Part shown: in pieces, positions 28,520 through 43,902 of the stretch
Numbering within the stretch: position 1 is the stretch's first letter
Layout: each line of letters begins with the position of its first letter
NCBI RefSeq assembly: GCF_018350175.1
Contig: NC_058368.1
Location: forward strand, 190,156,001-190,220,000
Source of the DNA: Felis catus
Taxonomy: Eukaryota
DNA length: 64,000 nt
Direction: 5' to 3'
Made by a program: the position numbers and the translations under genes
The notes under the pieces: generated by a model
The model's database searches: none
Seen by the model: only the letters and a program-made list of their open reading frames with translations
What the model was told of the DNA's origin: nothing

Positions 28520-28682
28520 GGACCAACTACATAGTATGCAGGTCCCAGTGCAAAATGGAAAAGTGGGACCCTTGTTAAAAAAATTATTAAGAATTTCAAG
28601 ATGGCAACAGCAGAGCATTAAAAAACCAAGCACAGAGCCCTTTTGGGACCTATACTACTGCACATCCATGACACCCTCACTG
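28520..28682 (-). mobile_element. MER45A-like hAT fossil
   Basis: cccagtgcaaaatg...aaaattattaagaatttcaagatggcaacagcagagcattaaa matches the reverse of the MER45A core as recalled. Confidence 0.75.
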
Positions 28683-28906
28683 TTGTGCAACCTTCCCTAG
28701 CTCTCAGAACCACCCCCCCTACTTTCTTGATTCTGTAGAAGCCCAAAGGAAAAGCAGCTGTGCCCCAGCATTGGTCATCTCAGAGATCTCAAGGCAATCA
28801 GGAGGGTAAGGTGACTCTCATTCATTTCTTGCTCTATTCATTTGGGAAAGAGACTCACTGCTTCTCTTTAACTAGCTCAGTACTAGGTTAACAACACTTG
28901 TAGCTA

Positions 28907-29116
<210 letters not shown>

Positions 29117-29409
29117 TTAAGGTTCTCACAGGCACATGACCACTAAATGCAATGCACTGATAGAAAATTGGATTGAAAGCATAAAGGACATTACTAGGAC
29201 AAATGGGGACTCTATGCAAAAAAGAGTATTGTCAAATTTCCTGAGTATGATAATTCTATTTTGATTATGAGACAATGTCTTCATTCTTTGGAGATACATG
29301 CTGAGGTATTCATGAGTGAATTGTCATCACTCTCTCGAATGGCTAAGAAGAGTACATATATTTAAAGGAAGTCAGAGAAAGCCTCTCAAAAGCAGTTTTT
29401 CTGAATGGT

Positions 29410-29720
29410 CATGTATATTTAAACATATATAATGTTATATATAAATATATATTTTTATAAATTATATATACTATATATTTATATATCATATATACTTATT
29501 TCCTATTTATAGATTATGTATTTATTTACTATTTATATACTACTTACTATGTACACACCGTATTTATAGTATACATATCATACACTATTCACATATTTAT
29601 ATACTATTTATCTGCACTTTTTATCTGTATGTGTGTATGTGTGTGTATATACATATATATAAAGTATATGTATATACACACACATACATATGTATATACA
29701 CAAACATATATTCATATATT
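29410..29720. repeat. AT-rich (TA)/(TG) low-complexity tract within L1 remnants
   Basis: Directly visible. Confidence 0.85.
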
Positions 29721-31125
29721 TCACTTTGGTAGGTGCCTAATAATTATTCTTAACCATTTTATTTCTTTTACTGTATTTGTGAGAGAGAATAAATAAATAT
29801 ATAAGAGAAAGTGAAGCAAATGTGGTACAACATTAATAATCATGGATCTGCCTACAGAGTATATATATGTTTATGGTGTTATTCTTTCAACTTTCCTGTC
29901 AATTTGAAATATAAACAGTGGAGCGAAAATGTGATTCATTCATACTGTAGGAAAAGGCTCAGGACAGGCTCTGGCATCCCATGCAACGCTGGCCTCCTAC
30001 ATTTAGCCCTGAGGTTCTTCCTGCGTCTGTCCTGTGTGCCCTTATGGGGATGAGTGTAGAAGCATGAGAATGAAGGGCTGATTACAGCATGGAAAACAGA
30101 ACTTAGGATAATTTCCATCAGGGCACACACATGGGGATTATTGCAGATGCTATGCGAACAGCAATAAACAATTACTGAGTGCCTGCTGTGTGCAGTGCAC
30201 TTTACTGGGTGCCCAAGGATTATTCTTAACTTTTTAAAATTTAATTCTTAACTATTTTATTTTTTTCGATTTCCCTTTTGGGAGATTTTCTACCAACTAA
30301 GACCCCTTACAGCCATCATGTGCACATAAAAGCCCTCAGTATTTAATGTCCTGTGGCTAATTCTGACTGCATCAGTAACTAATAGCTGTAATTTCCTGAG
30401 AGGTTGAAGGAAAAGCATTGAGCTCCTGCTGTTGACAGAAGTGAAGCTCGTTCTTTTTTCTCTCATAATTCTGTTTTGCTTTGATTTCTCAGAGCAGTGA
30501 AAATGTCCAGGGTTTCCAGGGTAACCCTTTCCTCCCCACCAGGGGTACTTCTCAGCCATGGCCCTTCACCTGGGTCTACTCCACAAACACTGTGGCCCAT
30601 GTACCAAGCACACAAAGGTCATGGCCTAGAGGCTGTTTCACCGCTGCTTGGCTGACAGCAGGGCTTAGGAGTTGGGTGGCTGGAGCATCTTGTATTTTGC
30701 CTGCCTGGCTCATGTTAACATTTTAAAGCAGGGAGATGTTTCTGAGCTCCTGGCAGCATTTCCTCTACATTTGCAGTCAAATGTTAACAGAAACCAACCT
30801 CACAAGACCAAACTGTGATTTCTAGCATGGGTTTGGCTGACACAATTTATTTCAAGCATGAAGTAGCCTGCCTTCCCTTAGACCAGCATTTGCCCATTTC
30901 TGAGCGGCAGTTCTGATGGAAAGAAGTGAGCCACAGCTTATGACAAGAAGACTAAGACTCTGCTGGCTACTACGCCACAGAAGTGTCCTAGGGGCAGAAT
31001 GAGAAGCCTAGAACTTGAACCACGCAATGCCAATGCCTCTTCGTTATTTGTACGATTCTGTGGCTGTGCTATGCCCACCACGGTCAGAAACCCACATGGG
31101 CAGTACGCAGGGTGGAGAGTGTTTA

Positions 31126-31389
<264 letters not shown>

Positions 31390-32337
31390 TCAGACTGTAG
31401 GATCTACTCATGAAGCGTTATTTTATGTATTTCAAATAAAACTATTTTCTGCTTTAGAGCAAAGTTCGGATTTCTTTTTAGCCACAAAAGCCCAACATAA
31501 AGCAGAACTTCCAGGTTAAAGACAAGCAACACAGAAGTTGAGTCACCTCCCTCTTTTATTCATTTACCAAAAAAGCAACTGAGTGCATGCTTGCCATATC
31601 CCAGGGAACATTCTCGTACTGGGGATACAAAGTTCCTGTCCTCACGGAGCTTACTTCTGGTAAAGACATTGACAACTAAATAAATAAATGGAGAAGCTAA
31701 ATAATTTCATGCAAGAGAAAGTACCGTATAGTATTTACTACTTCTCAGGCACACACATGCATGTACACAGGCATTTTAAATTTCACAACAACCTTATGAG
31801 TTAGATGTGCTATTATTATCTTTCACACTGAGGTACAAAATGCAGAGTAATCGTGCTCTGAAAATAACAACACAGGATCATTTGGTATTCAGAGGTCAAA
31901 GACAGCGTCTCTAAAGCAATTTTGCTGGATGGACACCTAAATGCTAAAAATGGAAAGATCTGGGGGAAGAGTGTTTCTGGCATTGAAAAAAAAAAAAAGC
32001 TGGTCCGCATGGATAAAGGGCAGGCATGCTGGAGACCAATGGGCAAAAAGGAATTTACAAGGTTAATCTAGGGGCCAGATCACATGGGACTACATCAGCT
32101 GCAGTAAAAAAGCTAGGTATTTTCTAGATGTCAGTGGCAGCCATTGAAAGGCTTTAGGTAGGAAAGTGGCATAATTTAAATGTACACTGTCCAGCATGGA
32201 GAGCAGCCACCAGCTACAGGACCCCACAGAGCACCTGCAACGTGGTGAGATGTGCTGGAAGTGTAAAACACACACTAGACTTTGAAGGCTTAGGAAAAAA
32301 AAACAACGAAAACTATCTCTTTAACAATTTTTGTATC

Positions 32338-32540
32338 GGGGTGCCTGGGCAGTTCAGTCGGTTAAGCGTCCGATTTCGGCTCAGGTCATGAAATCTCGGT
32401 TTGTGAGTTCAAGCCTTGCATCGGGCTCTCTGCTGTCAGCACAGAGCCCACTTCAGATCCTCTATCGCCCCCTGCTCCACCCCCCACACCATGCACTTGC
32501 TCTCTTTCTCTCCCAAACATACATAAAAAACATTAAAAAA
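32338..32540 (+). mobile_element. CanSINE
   Basis: ggggtgcctgggcagttcagtcggttaagcgtccga... plus A-rich tail. Confidence 0.9.
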
Positions 32541-32614
32541 TGTTTTTATATTGATTTCATGTTAAAATTGTATTTTAGATACATTGGATGATAGAAAATA
32601 TATTATTAAAATTA

Positions 32615-32833
32615 GGGGTGCCTGGGTGGCTCCGTCGGTTAAGCCTGGAGTCAGGCCAAGGGTTCAGCTCAGGGGCTCAGGTCATGATCACGGTTTGTGG
32701 GTTCGAGGCCTGCATCGGGCTCTGTGCTGACAGCTCAGAGCCTGGAACCTTCTTCGGACTCTGTGTCTGCCTCTCTGCCCCTCCCCTGCTCGTGCTCTGT
32801 CTCTGTCTCTCAAAAATAAATAAACATTAAAAA
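32615..32833 (+). mobile_element. CanSINE
   Basis: ggggtgcctgggtggctc...ctctcaaaaataaataaacattaaaa. Confidence 0.9.
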
Positions 32834-34448
32834 CACTTTTTAAATTAATTTCACCTGTTTATTTTTCCTTTTTAAAATATGGCTACTAAAAAATTTAAAA
32901 TTACATGTGCGACTCACATTTGTGGTTGCACTATATTTCTAATGGACAGCACTGATTTAGATCATTCTTTCCTTCCTGTGCTTTCTTGGACTCTCCCAAC
33001 CTCTCAGTCTCCCCCAGCCACCCATATTTTTGGAAAACATTCACCTTGTAGGGAGTAAGTAGGATAGATTAAGGGCAGTATTTTAGATAAGAATGTTTTA
33101 TAAACTAAATATACAGAGGATCAGGGTTTGACAAATCTGGGTTTGTGTACACAGCATATTTGAAATGAGAATTATTTTAGAGACACTGGAAGCCCTACTC
33201 ACTGTTCTAACCACTTCTCATTCAACCCAGACATGTTCTAAGTGATTACTTTGTGAAAGACTATGTGTTTGGTGTGCTTTCCCAGAAAGTATTTTCCATC
33301 ATTAAGAGCCGCTCCCTTCATTGGATGTGCATTCTCTGTTAACAGGAACTTGTGTGCTCTGTACATCAGCTTCTCTTTGAAATATGTCAGAGCAACTCTA
33401 GCCGTCAAAAGCAAAATGACGCAAATTCCTTGCATAGAAAGAAAAATAATTTCTGTTGGTTAAGTAACTATTCTTGATATTACTGGTTTATAGACTTGGA
33501 TTTCCGATAAGAAGAGAGACACCTATTTTGAGGTTTTTCTTGACCAGTTCTGTTACGGGTTCCTGCAACCCAGGAATTCACGGGCTTCTAAATCAACACA
33601 CACTGCCAATCAACACCAACAAGCCTCGAACACTTGACACGTATCTTACCACAACTTCCTCACTGGTCTCCTATCTGACCTATATTTATATACTCATTAC
33701 TTGCTCACCACCAATCCATTCTCCACATTTTTATGTTTTTAATAGGGCAAATTTTTAAAAGTAAAAACTGAGGTCTCTGTCATACTTTTGAAACCATCCC
33801 GTGATATTCTATTCCTCCTAGGTAAATGCCTACAAGCCCCGTCACCTGAGCCCTGCCTACCTCTTCAGTTTCATCATGCAACCTGCCTCTTCTTGTGGTC
33901 TGTGAATGAGGCCTTTACATGTACTAATTCACATTAATTGTCTCAACTGCCCTATGGAGTAAGTGTGCTGTCAATATGATATTTCTGCCACAGGGACTTT
34001 GCAAACAGTTCCTTTGCCTGAAATTTCCTGTTCCATCCTTCACTTTTAATTAATGCCTACCAATTTCAGATAAGAACTCAAATGTTACTTTCTCAGGATA
34101 GCTTTTCCAGTTCCTCACCCCAAAGACTAGTTGAGGTTTAACTGTCACAGATCTGCAAATTCCCATGAACTTTTCCTTCACAGGGAGCATGTAACCTCCC
34201 TTGTCACTGTGCTTTCATCAGTTTTTATTAATGTCTGTTACCCCCCACTAGACTGTAAGCTCCATGAGGTGCAGCACCAAATCTGCCTATTTTCCTTTCT
34301 CCGTATTTTAGCATCCAGTCCAGGCCCACAGGATCGCTCCAATTTCCTTAGGTGCTAAAGAAGAAGAGAGGTTTTTTACAACAGGAAACTATGTCTCACA
34401 GGTGGCAGTCTAAGAAAGCTTGTTGCTCACGGCCCTGGGACTCTCCTA

Positions 34449-34550
<102 letters not shown>

Positions 34551-35823
34551 TCAGTGGTGTCTGTCTGGCTTTATCATAGAAGCTTAGACGACTGAAAGGG
34601 GGCGCTTGGGTGGCAGTGCATGTTGCAGAGCAAGAGACTTTGAACAGCAACAAAAGAAGATTTTGTGATTCAGTTAAGAAGTTTGGCCCTTCCTCTCAAG
34701 GTTTTTAGCTAGGCACAGAGAAAGCAAAGTCCAAAAAGCTCTGGAGGAACTGCCCCTGCCTCTGGTCCCCTCCTTGCTGTTTGGAGGTGGCCTGCCCAGA
34801 GGCAATGCAAGACAGATCTTCATATCCCCTGCAATTACTCGTATCAGCCAACCCATTCTCTTTCCTGCTAGACTTTCTTGTCTTTTCCTTTCACTTTATT
34901 TTACCTTGCTTGACAAATGAAGAAGTTGATGGTCACTGGAAACTGAAAAATCTATTTTTTTTTTTTTTTTGCAAACTTTGTTTAAAAACCTTTGGATCTT
35001 AATGCTTATGGGGTCATCTTGCCATTTCAGTGTCTTGTCACATACGTGGCAGACTGTGATGCTCAGGTGAGGCGTTCATGTCAGACATGGGATCAAAACC
35101 AAACCCTCCAGTGATGGCCAGAAACAGCCACAGGTGGGACTTTACTGAGCTGGGGCTGCGGTGGGGGCAGAGCGCCATGTGACTTCAAAGGGAACAGAGC
35201 GTATTTACGTGACTTCTCTTCCATTCTTCTCTCCTCAAATTCTCAGCTCCTTACAGTTAATTCTTTATCCGAAGAGCTTTCAGGTTTTATCTTACATCCC
35301 AGATGCTATTCTGAACATAAACCACAGAGTTGGGTGCAGCTCTGTCCTCATTTGCAGGTAACCAAGGCCTCTGCCCCAGACTCTGCACTTCAAAGGTCTC
35401 CAGGGGATGTTCCAACAGCTGAAGAACCTGCAGGGTCAAGGTGTCCCCCACTCATACCCTATGCTCCCCTTCTAGAACCAGCCTTGAGTATCTTTGCTCC
35501 CAAAGCCCAAGCTCCTTTCAGGCCTGTTTGGTGTTTTCCCTGGGATCATCCCTGAGGGTGGACTGCACCTCGGGTGTGTGCACCCCTAGGGCCGTGGGTT
35601 AGCCAAGAGGGCCACAGTTTGAGGGCAGTGATGGCAGACAAAGCTTGGATATCCGTACACATGCACATAAGGCCCTGTATAGGGCAAAACAGAGCTTGGG
35701 GACGGGAACAGAAAGGTGGCAGGCTACAAGCTGGGGTCTCAATTTGTGCTTTGGCCCTAGGCCCTCAAATGTTACCCAGGGCCTGGCTGTGTGCTTTTTT
35801 TTACATTTATTTTAAAAATCTCT

Positions 35824-35986
35824 GGGGCGCCTGGGTGGCTCAGTCAGTTAAGCATCCGACTCTTGATTTCTGCTCAGGTCATGGGATTGAACCCTGCGTC
35901 CGCCTCTGTGCTGACGGTGTAGAGCCTGCTTTGGATTCTCTCTCTCCCTCTCTCTGCCCCTCCTCTGCTCGTGAGTGCATGCTCTC

Positions 35987-36037
<51 letters not shown>

Positions 36038-36052
36038 ATATTAAAAAAAAAA
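35824..36052 (+). mobile_element. CanSINE with (TAAA)n tail
   Basis: ggggcgcctgggtggctcagtcagttaagc...; TSD-like aaaaatctc on both sides. Confidence 0.92.
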
Positions 36053-37420
36053 TCTCACTTGGCCACATGACACTCTAGGTTTGTTCTGTTTTCAACCTGT
36101 TGGAGAACACAAGTATATAAGATCTGTCAGAAGATGGAGTTGTCAAAGCCAAGGTACAACCAGTTAACTTGTCTCCAGGAATCTTTCTTCCCAAGTTCGT
36201 ACTCAGGAGAACAGATCTGTGTTGGGGTCCATTAAGGTTTTCAACTCCCATAGACATCGGAGGGTTGAGAAAGCAAGAAGCATCTCTACTGGATTTTCTC
36301 TGAAATACGTAAACTTTCAAACTAAGTTAGTGGTGATACTAATCCTAAAACAGTCATGTCCTTCCTTTATAAAGAAGAATGTCTTATGTTTCTATGACAT
36401 TTTTCCCTAGTTGGCCCATTCTGTGTTTACATAGCCCCATGCAGTTAAGCACAGCGCAGACTATCATTCCCATTTCCAGAAGGCAAAACTACATTTCAGT
36501 AACCATCACTGCCATTGCCCTCAGGCTCCTGGTCCTTGCACAGGGCAGGACTGTACCTCCTCGCTCCTCTTTGAAAAGGACGTGCAGTCATGTGACTTGC
36601 TTTGACCAATGACATGTGTCACTTCCTGGTAGAAGCTTTGAGTACCAGTAACACTTCCCCCTGGCATGGCAATTAGTAAATGTTCCAGGTGGGTCCCAGC
36701 TTGAAGACCACATGGAGCAGAGCCCCCAGTCAATCCATAATGGAGAAATAAACCTTTGGTTTCAAGGTACTAAGAATTTGTGATTATTTGTTACTGGAGC
36801 ATAACCTAGCTTATCCTGACCAGTACAGAAATAAAGCTATCGAATGACTCTCTAATAAACAGCTTTAATGGTTGAGAGGATGGTTACTTCAGTCCTACTA
36901 GTACTAGAAAGTGACTCTGTAAGCTGTGTGACCTTGATGTAATAACTGACCACTGTAAGTCTAAGATTTATTATTTGTAAAATAGATAGTAGCACACACT
37001 TCTTTAAATTGCTACAAAGTTTATTGGATAAGTCTCTCTCTACAGTGCTTATCCCTGCCCTTGGCAAAAGGCAGATATATAATAATTGATAGGTGGTATT
37101 GCTGTTGTTATTATTATTAGCCAAATAACCCAACCAGACCAGACCCAACAGAAAATTGATTTTACCCATGCATTACTATTATCTGCCATCCCTTAATATA
37201 TTTGAAAAAGAAAGACCATCATCCTGGTCTGGGTCCTTTTCGATGGTCATGATGTTTGTAAAGATCAATCTCCATACGGTGAATGAGATTATAATAGCGT
37301 TGCATAGTGACAGACGGTAGCTATGCTTGTGGTAAACATAACATAACATGTTAAAAAAAAAATTAAAAAAAAAAGTCATAAAAATAGATCACTCTCCAGA
37401 ACAAGTCATTGATCCCCTAC

Positions 37421-37765
37421 TGCTATGGTCTGAAAGCGTATGCTCCTGCCAAATTCTTATGTTGTGACCCTAACCCCCAAAGGTGATGGTATTAGGAATC
37501 ACCTCACTTTGGGAGGTGATTAGGTCATGAGGGTGGAGCCCTCAGAAATGGAATTAGTGCTCTTATAAAAGAGAACCCAGAGAGTTCGCTCACCCTTTCC
37601 ACTAGCAAGGATACCACGAGAAGTCTGTGACCCAGGAGGGCGCCCCCACTGGGTGGCGCCTGATTTGGACTTCCTGCCTCCACAACAGTGAGAAATACAT
37701 GTCTGTTGTTGATAAGCCACTCAGTCTGTGGTATTTTGGTACAGAAGCCTGAACAGATGAAGACA
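37421..37765 (+). mobile_element. MLT1A-like LTR
   Basis: tgctatggtctgaa...ttaggtcatgagggtggagccctc...tgttgataagccactcagtctgtggtatttt. Confidence 0.8.
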
Positions 37766-37823
37766 GCCCACTTTGTGCCAACAGCTCCAGATTTAAAAAG
37801 TCCAGACGCTTGGAATAAGATTA

Positions 37824-37991
<168 letters not shown>

Positions 37992-38486
37992 TCAAGGCAG
38001 TCTGACTGATGCGGCTTGGGACATATGAAGGGTTGGGTGAAAAGATGAACAGGCTCTGGGTTAGAAGAGAGCTTTCCAGCATTCTGATGTTTCCAGCCTG
38101 CTTTAGGGATGACTTACTTTACAGTCTTCCCACAGAAATCAAAACACCATGAGGTTAATAAGTCCAAGGTCTGAAAGAATTAGTCTGGGACCAAAAGAAA
38201 TCAGATGGTAGTTAAGGATATTAGCTTCCTGATCCCCAGAGATGACTACCTTCCAAGCATGGCTGTTCTGAGACTGACAAAGCACAGGAAGGACAGCTGG
38301 GCTGGTAGAACCCTGAACCTATCTGCAAGGCTGAGTGAAATCTGGTGTCACGTGATCCTTGGCATAAGCATTCTCCCTGGTGGGGCACACTGCCTAATCT
38401 GGAAAGTTGTGGAAAGAACATAGCTCACTAGCAAAACTACCATCTGAACCCGGGGAACCTCCTTGCTGACCCAATCCTGCCTCTTA

Positions 38487-38714
<228 letters not shown>

Positions 38715-39539
38715 TTATTAACTTAGTTCTTACTGCTTTCATTGCTATTCTTGCCACTGTACTAGTATGCAGCAGGTACTCATAAAACATGACTTGGTCT
38801 GTAGATCCTGCTCTCTTATACCCGAAAGCCAGTCTAACATCTATTATTGTTAAGCTTCTCAGTAGCAGCCCTTGGGGGGAAGAGAGCAGCAATGTTTTAG
38901 AGCTTTAGATGCCTCCCCAGTTTCCATCATCTCCCTGCAAAGCCATCCTGAAAAGCCACGATCCGAGTGTGAAAAGCATGCTTGCTATACAAACACGGTG
39001 TCAAGCCAGGTCCCCAGGTGCCTACTTTTAACTGCTCCTTGCATCCTTATACATGGTAATTCTAACTTCCATATACTGAGAAGCCTTGAAGGCTCCTAGG
39101 CTGGAGAAGCTTGGATTGTTGGTTAAGATCACTCTTCTCAGCACCAACAGATGCATCACCCCTCCCACATCCCTGGATGCTGCTCTCCTTCCACCCTGCC
39201 CTGTCCTACCTGCATAGGCATCCTGCTGACAGGAGAACAGGGTTGTGGGACACAGGGTTGTGGTACAGCCTGAAAGCTGCCTTTGTTAGGAGCAACAAGA
39301 TAGTCAAGTGCCTGGCCACGTCTGCAGGTGTGTTGGCAGTTTTAATTCCTTCTTCTAAGAACTTCATGACAAATATACTGCAAATGTCTACCACACAAAT
39401 TTAGCTGAGTCAGAATAGCTGGACTGGCCTGGCCTTTCCAAGCCCACCAGAAAAGTTTGCATTTTCTTCTTCAGTGGCAAAATGTGTCCCTTTTGGTCAA
39501 TGATCACGTTTCTTTGCGACTTTTGGTCTGAAGGCCTTA

Positions 39540-39767
<228 letters not shown>

Positions 39768-40390
39768 TCAAGGGCTGGCTCTCCACCCTGGGGTAAAGGT
39801 TTCTTTGTGCTGTATTTATATTTTTCTTTTTTTTTTTTTTCCTGCAGATGTCTGCTCTTAAAAAGCACTGTCTTAAGGAAGCACCAGTTTAGGGTTGGAG
39901 AAGTGAATTTGGAACATATAAACCTGCAAGAGGGAGACTGCCCAGCCCGGGAGGAAGTCCTGCCTGGGGTCTGCGGCATCCTTGGGTAAGTAGACCCGGT
40001 AATACCAACTCATTCAAAGCCCAGGTTTTTGCCTGCTCTGCTCGGCCAAGGGCATGGGCATCAGAGGAGAACTTCAGTTCATGTCACTCTGGAGTCACTC
40101 TCTGCTTTACTGGTTGGCTATGGTGGTGCCATGGGTGGAGCCGTGGACTCGGGTCTAAGGCCAGGCACTGCTACTGTCTTGCTGTGTGACCTTGGGCAGC
40201 GAAGTCCCGCTCTGGGCCTCAGTTTTCTTATCTGCTAACACGAAGGGGTTGCACCAGATGCTTTCTCAAATCAGTCCCTTTCAGCTCTAACATTATGAGG
40301 AACTGCGAAATAGAATATGATCAGAACAAGCCTCCCACCCAACCACCTCAAGCTTCTGACCCTTAGCACTCTGAATCCATGACTGAGCGA

Positions 40391-40425
40391 TGGCGCCCTC
40401 TGGTGGTGCCAGCTGCATTGCACAG
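40391..40425 (-). promoter_or_regulatory. CTCF motif (CCACCAGAGGGCGCCA) with upstream TGCAAT/TGCAG module
   Basis: Near-consensus core on the minus strand plus sequence resembling the ZF9-11 upstream motif. Confidence 0.7.
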
Positions 40426-40668
40426 CCTACCAAAATCCTGGGAGGAAAGCGGGTGAAGATTGGTACTTACACAGGAGGTCTACTAGACAATCAACTCCCG
40501 CTTACAGAGGGCCTTAAGTGCAAAGGGTGCAAGTGCTAATCTAGATCTTTCCACATCATATGCCTTTGAATGTTAGGGCTGGAAGGGGCCTTGAGGAGCC
40601 AGGCTAGTCCATTCCTGCTGCCTCCTGGAGAAGTATACCCCAACCAACCCAGCCAGGCGGTGTAATAC

Positions 40669-40743
40669 CAGGGATCGGCAGCCTCTTCGGCCCTGTGTGC
40701 CACCAGTGGGGTGAAACAAAGCCCGCGGGGACCACTGGCAGGC
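40669..40743 (-). CDS. CYFIP2: CYFIP2 alternative 75-nt cassette exon (ACQWSPRALFHPTGGTQGRRGCRSL)
   Basis: TAG acceptor after a long (CT)-rich tract, GTATTA donor; phase 0-0; peptide matches the 25-aa insert I recall from the long human isoform. Confidence 0.85.
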
Positions 40744-40803
40744 CTAAGACATAGATAGGAGAAAGGAGGAGGGGGTGGGAGGGCAGGAGAGACAGGGAAG
40801 AGG

Positions 40804-40834
<31 letters not shown>

Positions 40835-42844
40835 AAAGCAAGAGGTATTGTATACGGTGGGAAAGCCGCCGCGACTGCTATAGGGGCCACTTGCCGACCA
40901 CCTCTCAGAAGCTCCAACCTCCCTCTGCCACCATGTCTGTGCTGGCTGCCTCTGGATCTCCTCTAGGACCGTACCCACCATGCCCCTGGCATTGGGCCGG
41001 GCACGCAGCCTCAGAGAGGAGGGGCACACGCCCCTGCCACAGCACTTCCCTTGGTGGTGCAAGAGCTCCCCGTGGTGGCCAGTTTACTGGACAGTCCACC
41101 CTCTGCAACCCCATCGCTGGGCAGGCCTGATCATCCCTAAGAACCGAGAAGCACTATTCTAATGATGGCCTTTGGAGTCATCAAGGAAAGGATTCATCAA
41201 GTACCATCCATGTGGAACTGACTGATCTACATCAAATTCTATTTGAAAATCCATTGCATCGATAAAGGAGGGGGAACTCTTCCCACCTGCTTCTATTTAA
41301 CTCATCAGATCAGTCAGCAGCCCAGCTCTGCTAGATGCCCCTGTCTCCTGTGCTCTGAAGGCCCTAACAGAGCCCCGGGGCGGGAGTCAGGAGACCTGGG
41401 TTCTCGTCCCACCTCCGCCTGTGACTCATCTTGTGACTTAGACAAGTCACTTCCCCTCTCCGGACCTCAGTTTCCCCATCTGTAAAATAGGGAGGGCACT
41501 GGGACTAGCTTGTCTCTAAGGGCTCTTCCAGCTCTGACTTCGGGAGTCTACTGAAAATGCATCTATGCCGCCTCGTATGATTTGGTGGTGCTGGGGGTTA
41601 ACTCGTGGTCACACTCCCCTCTCAGACCACCTACATAAATATTCCTCCTCTCTGTCCCTCCCTCCCTGCCTGTGTGGCCCTCTTCCTCCTTTCCAGTTTC
41701 TCTTTGGCCTTGTCTGGGTCTCCCTCACTCATGTCCTGGGACTTATGGAAACACCCATGAGGTGTGTCCTAGGCTGGAAAGGTCTGTGGTCCTTGACATT
41801 ACATAGAAGTATTTGTAGAAGCTTCCCTGGGATTTCCACAACCAGCAAGATTAGTGCAAACTGGCCCGTGGGCTGTGAAGCCAAGGAAGTTACAGTGACA
41901 TGGCTGAGAACCCGTCTTGGCCCATCCTTCGTCCCCGGCCCCTGCCCAGACACAGACACACACACATAGAAGGGGAGGCGGTGGGCCTCACATGGCTCAT
42001 CTCAGATGATTCAGATTCAGGGTTTCAGAGCTGAGAGAGGCTGAAAGGTCATGTGAAGTGGGAGTTCCTGCAAGACCCCTGAAAGTTCAATGGACCCTTA
42101 TGCTTTTTTCCAATTCCTCAAAAAGCCTACCAGGAATTGCTTATCCTTAAGTAAGTGGCAAGGATTTGACCAAGATGCCCAGATTCTTTACTTTTTTTTT
42201 TTTTTTTTTAACAAATGTATGACTACTTTGGATAAATCCCAGGTGACCTCTTGTTCAGAAGCTTTGGTTAACAACTGAATATCTCTGATTACTAGACTCT
42301 CTCTAAGGGGTCAAGGGCTTTTGATACTAGTGCATTTGAGGGGATAATACTTGTCAGTAACATGATCTCATTCAAAATTTTCGTTTAATAGAGAAGATAA
42401 TTAGAGTACAGACAGGTCAAGGTGCTTGCCTAAGATCACACAGCAAGTCAGAGGCAGAACTTATAAATTCCCAAGCTAGGATGTCACTTCAGGGGAAGGG
42501 GCCAGGGTTCACTACAGAGGGACAGGATAGATGCATATAGATTCTACTTTAAATTCCTCCTACACTTTGGAACCTAAACTTCACAGGGCTAGGAGATAGC
42601 CAGTCCTGGTACTACCTCCATTTGCCAGATTAGACAACTGAGGCACAAGGAGACTGTGTAACATGCCCGAGGTCACACAGGTATCTGGGACTAGAATCCA
42701 GGTCTCCTGAATCTTAAGCTGGTAGTCCTCCCTCCTATATTAAAACAAGATGGCAGAATAAGACTAGAACAGCTGCTGGACCCTGCCCCTCCTGCCTGAG
42801 GACCACCCAGCCCCACCACCCCACAGTCCAGCCAGGATGACCTA

Positions 42845-43147
<303 letters not shown>

Positions 43148-43575
43148 TTAGAATTCCTGCGTCTAACCACCCCAGGGTGAAGGGCTGGCTTCTCAGGCTT
43201 GAGCTACAGTCCAGAAGTCTGCACTTTAACAAGTGCCCAGGTGACTCTGAGGGCCACTGCCTAATTTTTTTTTTCTCATTACAGGGGCGTTTCACTAGTC
43301 CAGTTACATCTCTGCATGTTCAAAAGTTTAATGATAACTTATATTTGTTGCATACTTACTCCATGCTGCTGTGTGCTTAGGTCTACACACTGATTATTTC
43401 ACTCTATCAACAGCCAATGAAGTAAGTTATCGTCCACATTTTACAAAGGAGGAAAATTGGGGTTCAGAGAAAGTAGGTTATTTGACTGAGTGCACACAGC
43501 TAATGGTGGATATGGGCTACAAACCCAGAGACTGAGGCTTCATTTCAAACGTCCAACTCCTAAGAAGGCCTCCTA

Positions 43576-43902
<327 letters not shown>

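Larger units (their letters stand above)
32185..32955. mobile_element. MER33-like hAT-Charlie fossil interrupted by two CanSINEs
   Basis: gtgtaaaacacacactagactttgaag...aaaattacatgtg...atatttctaatggacagcactg. Confidence 0.7.
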
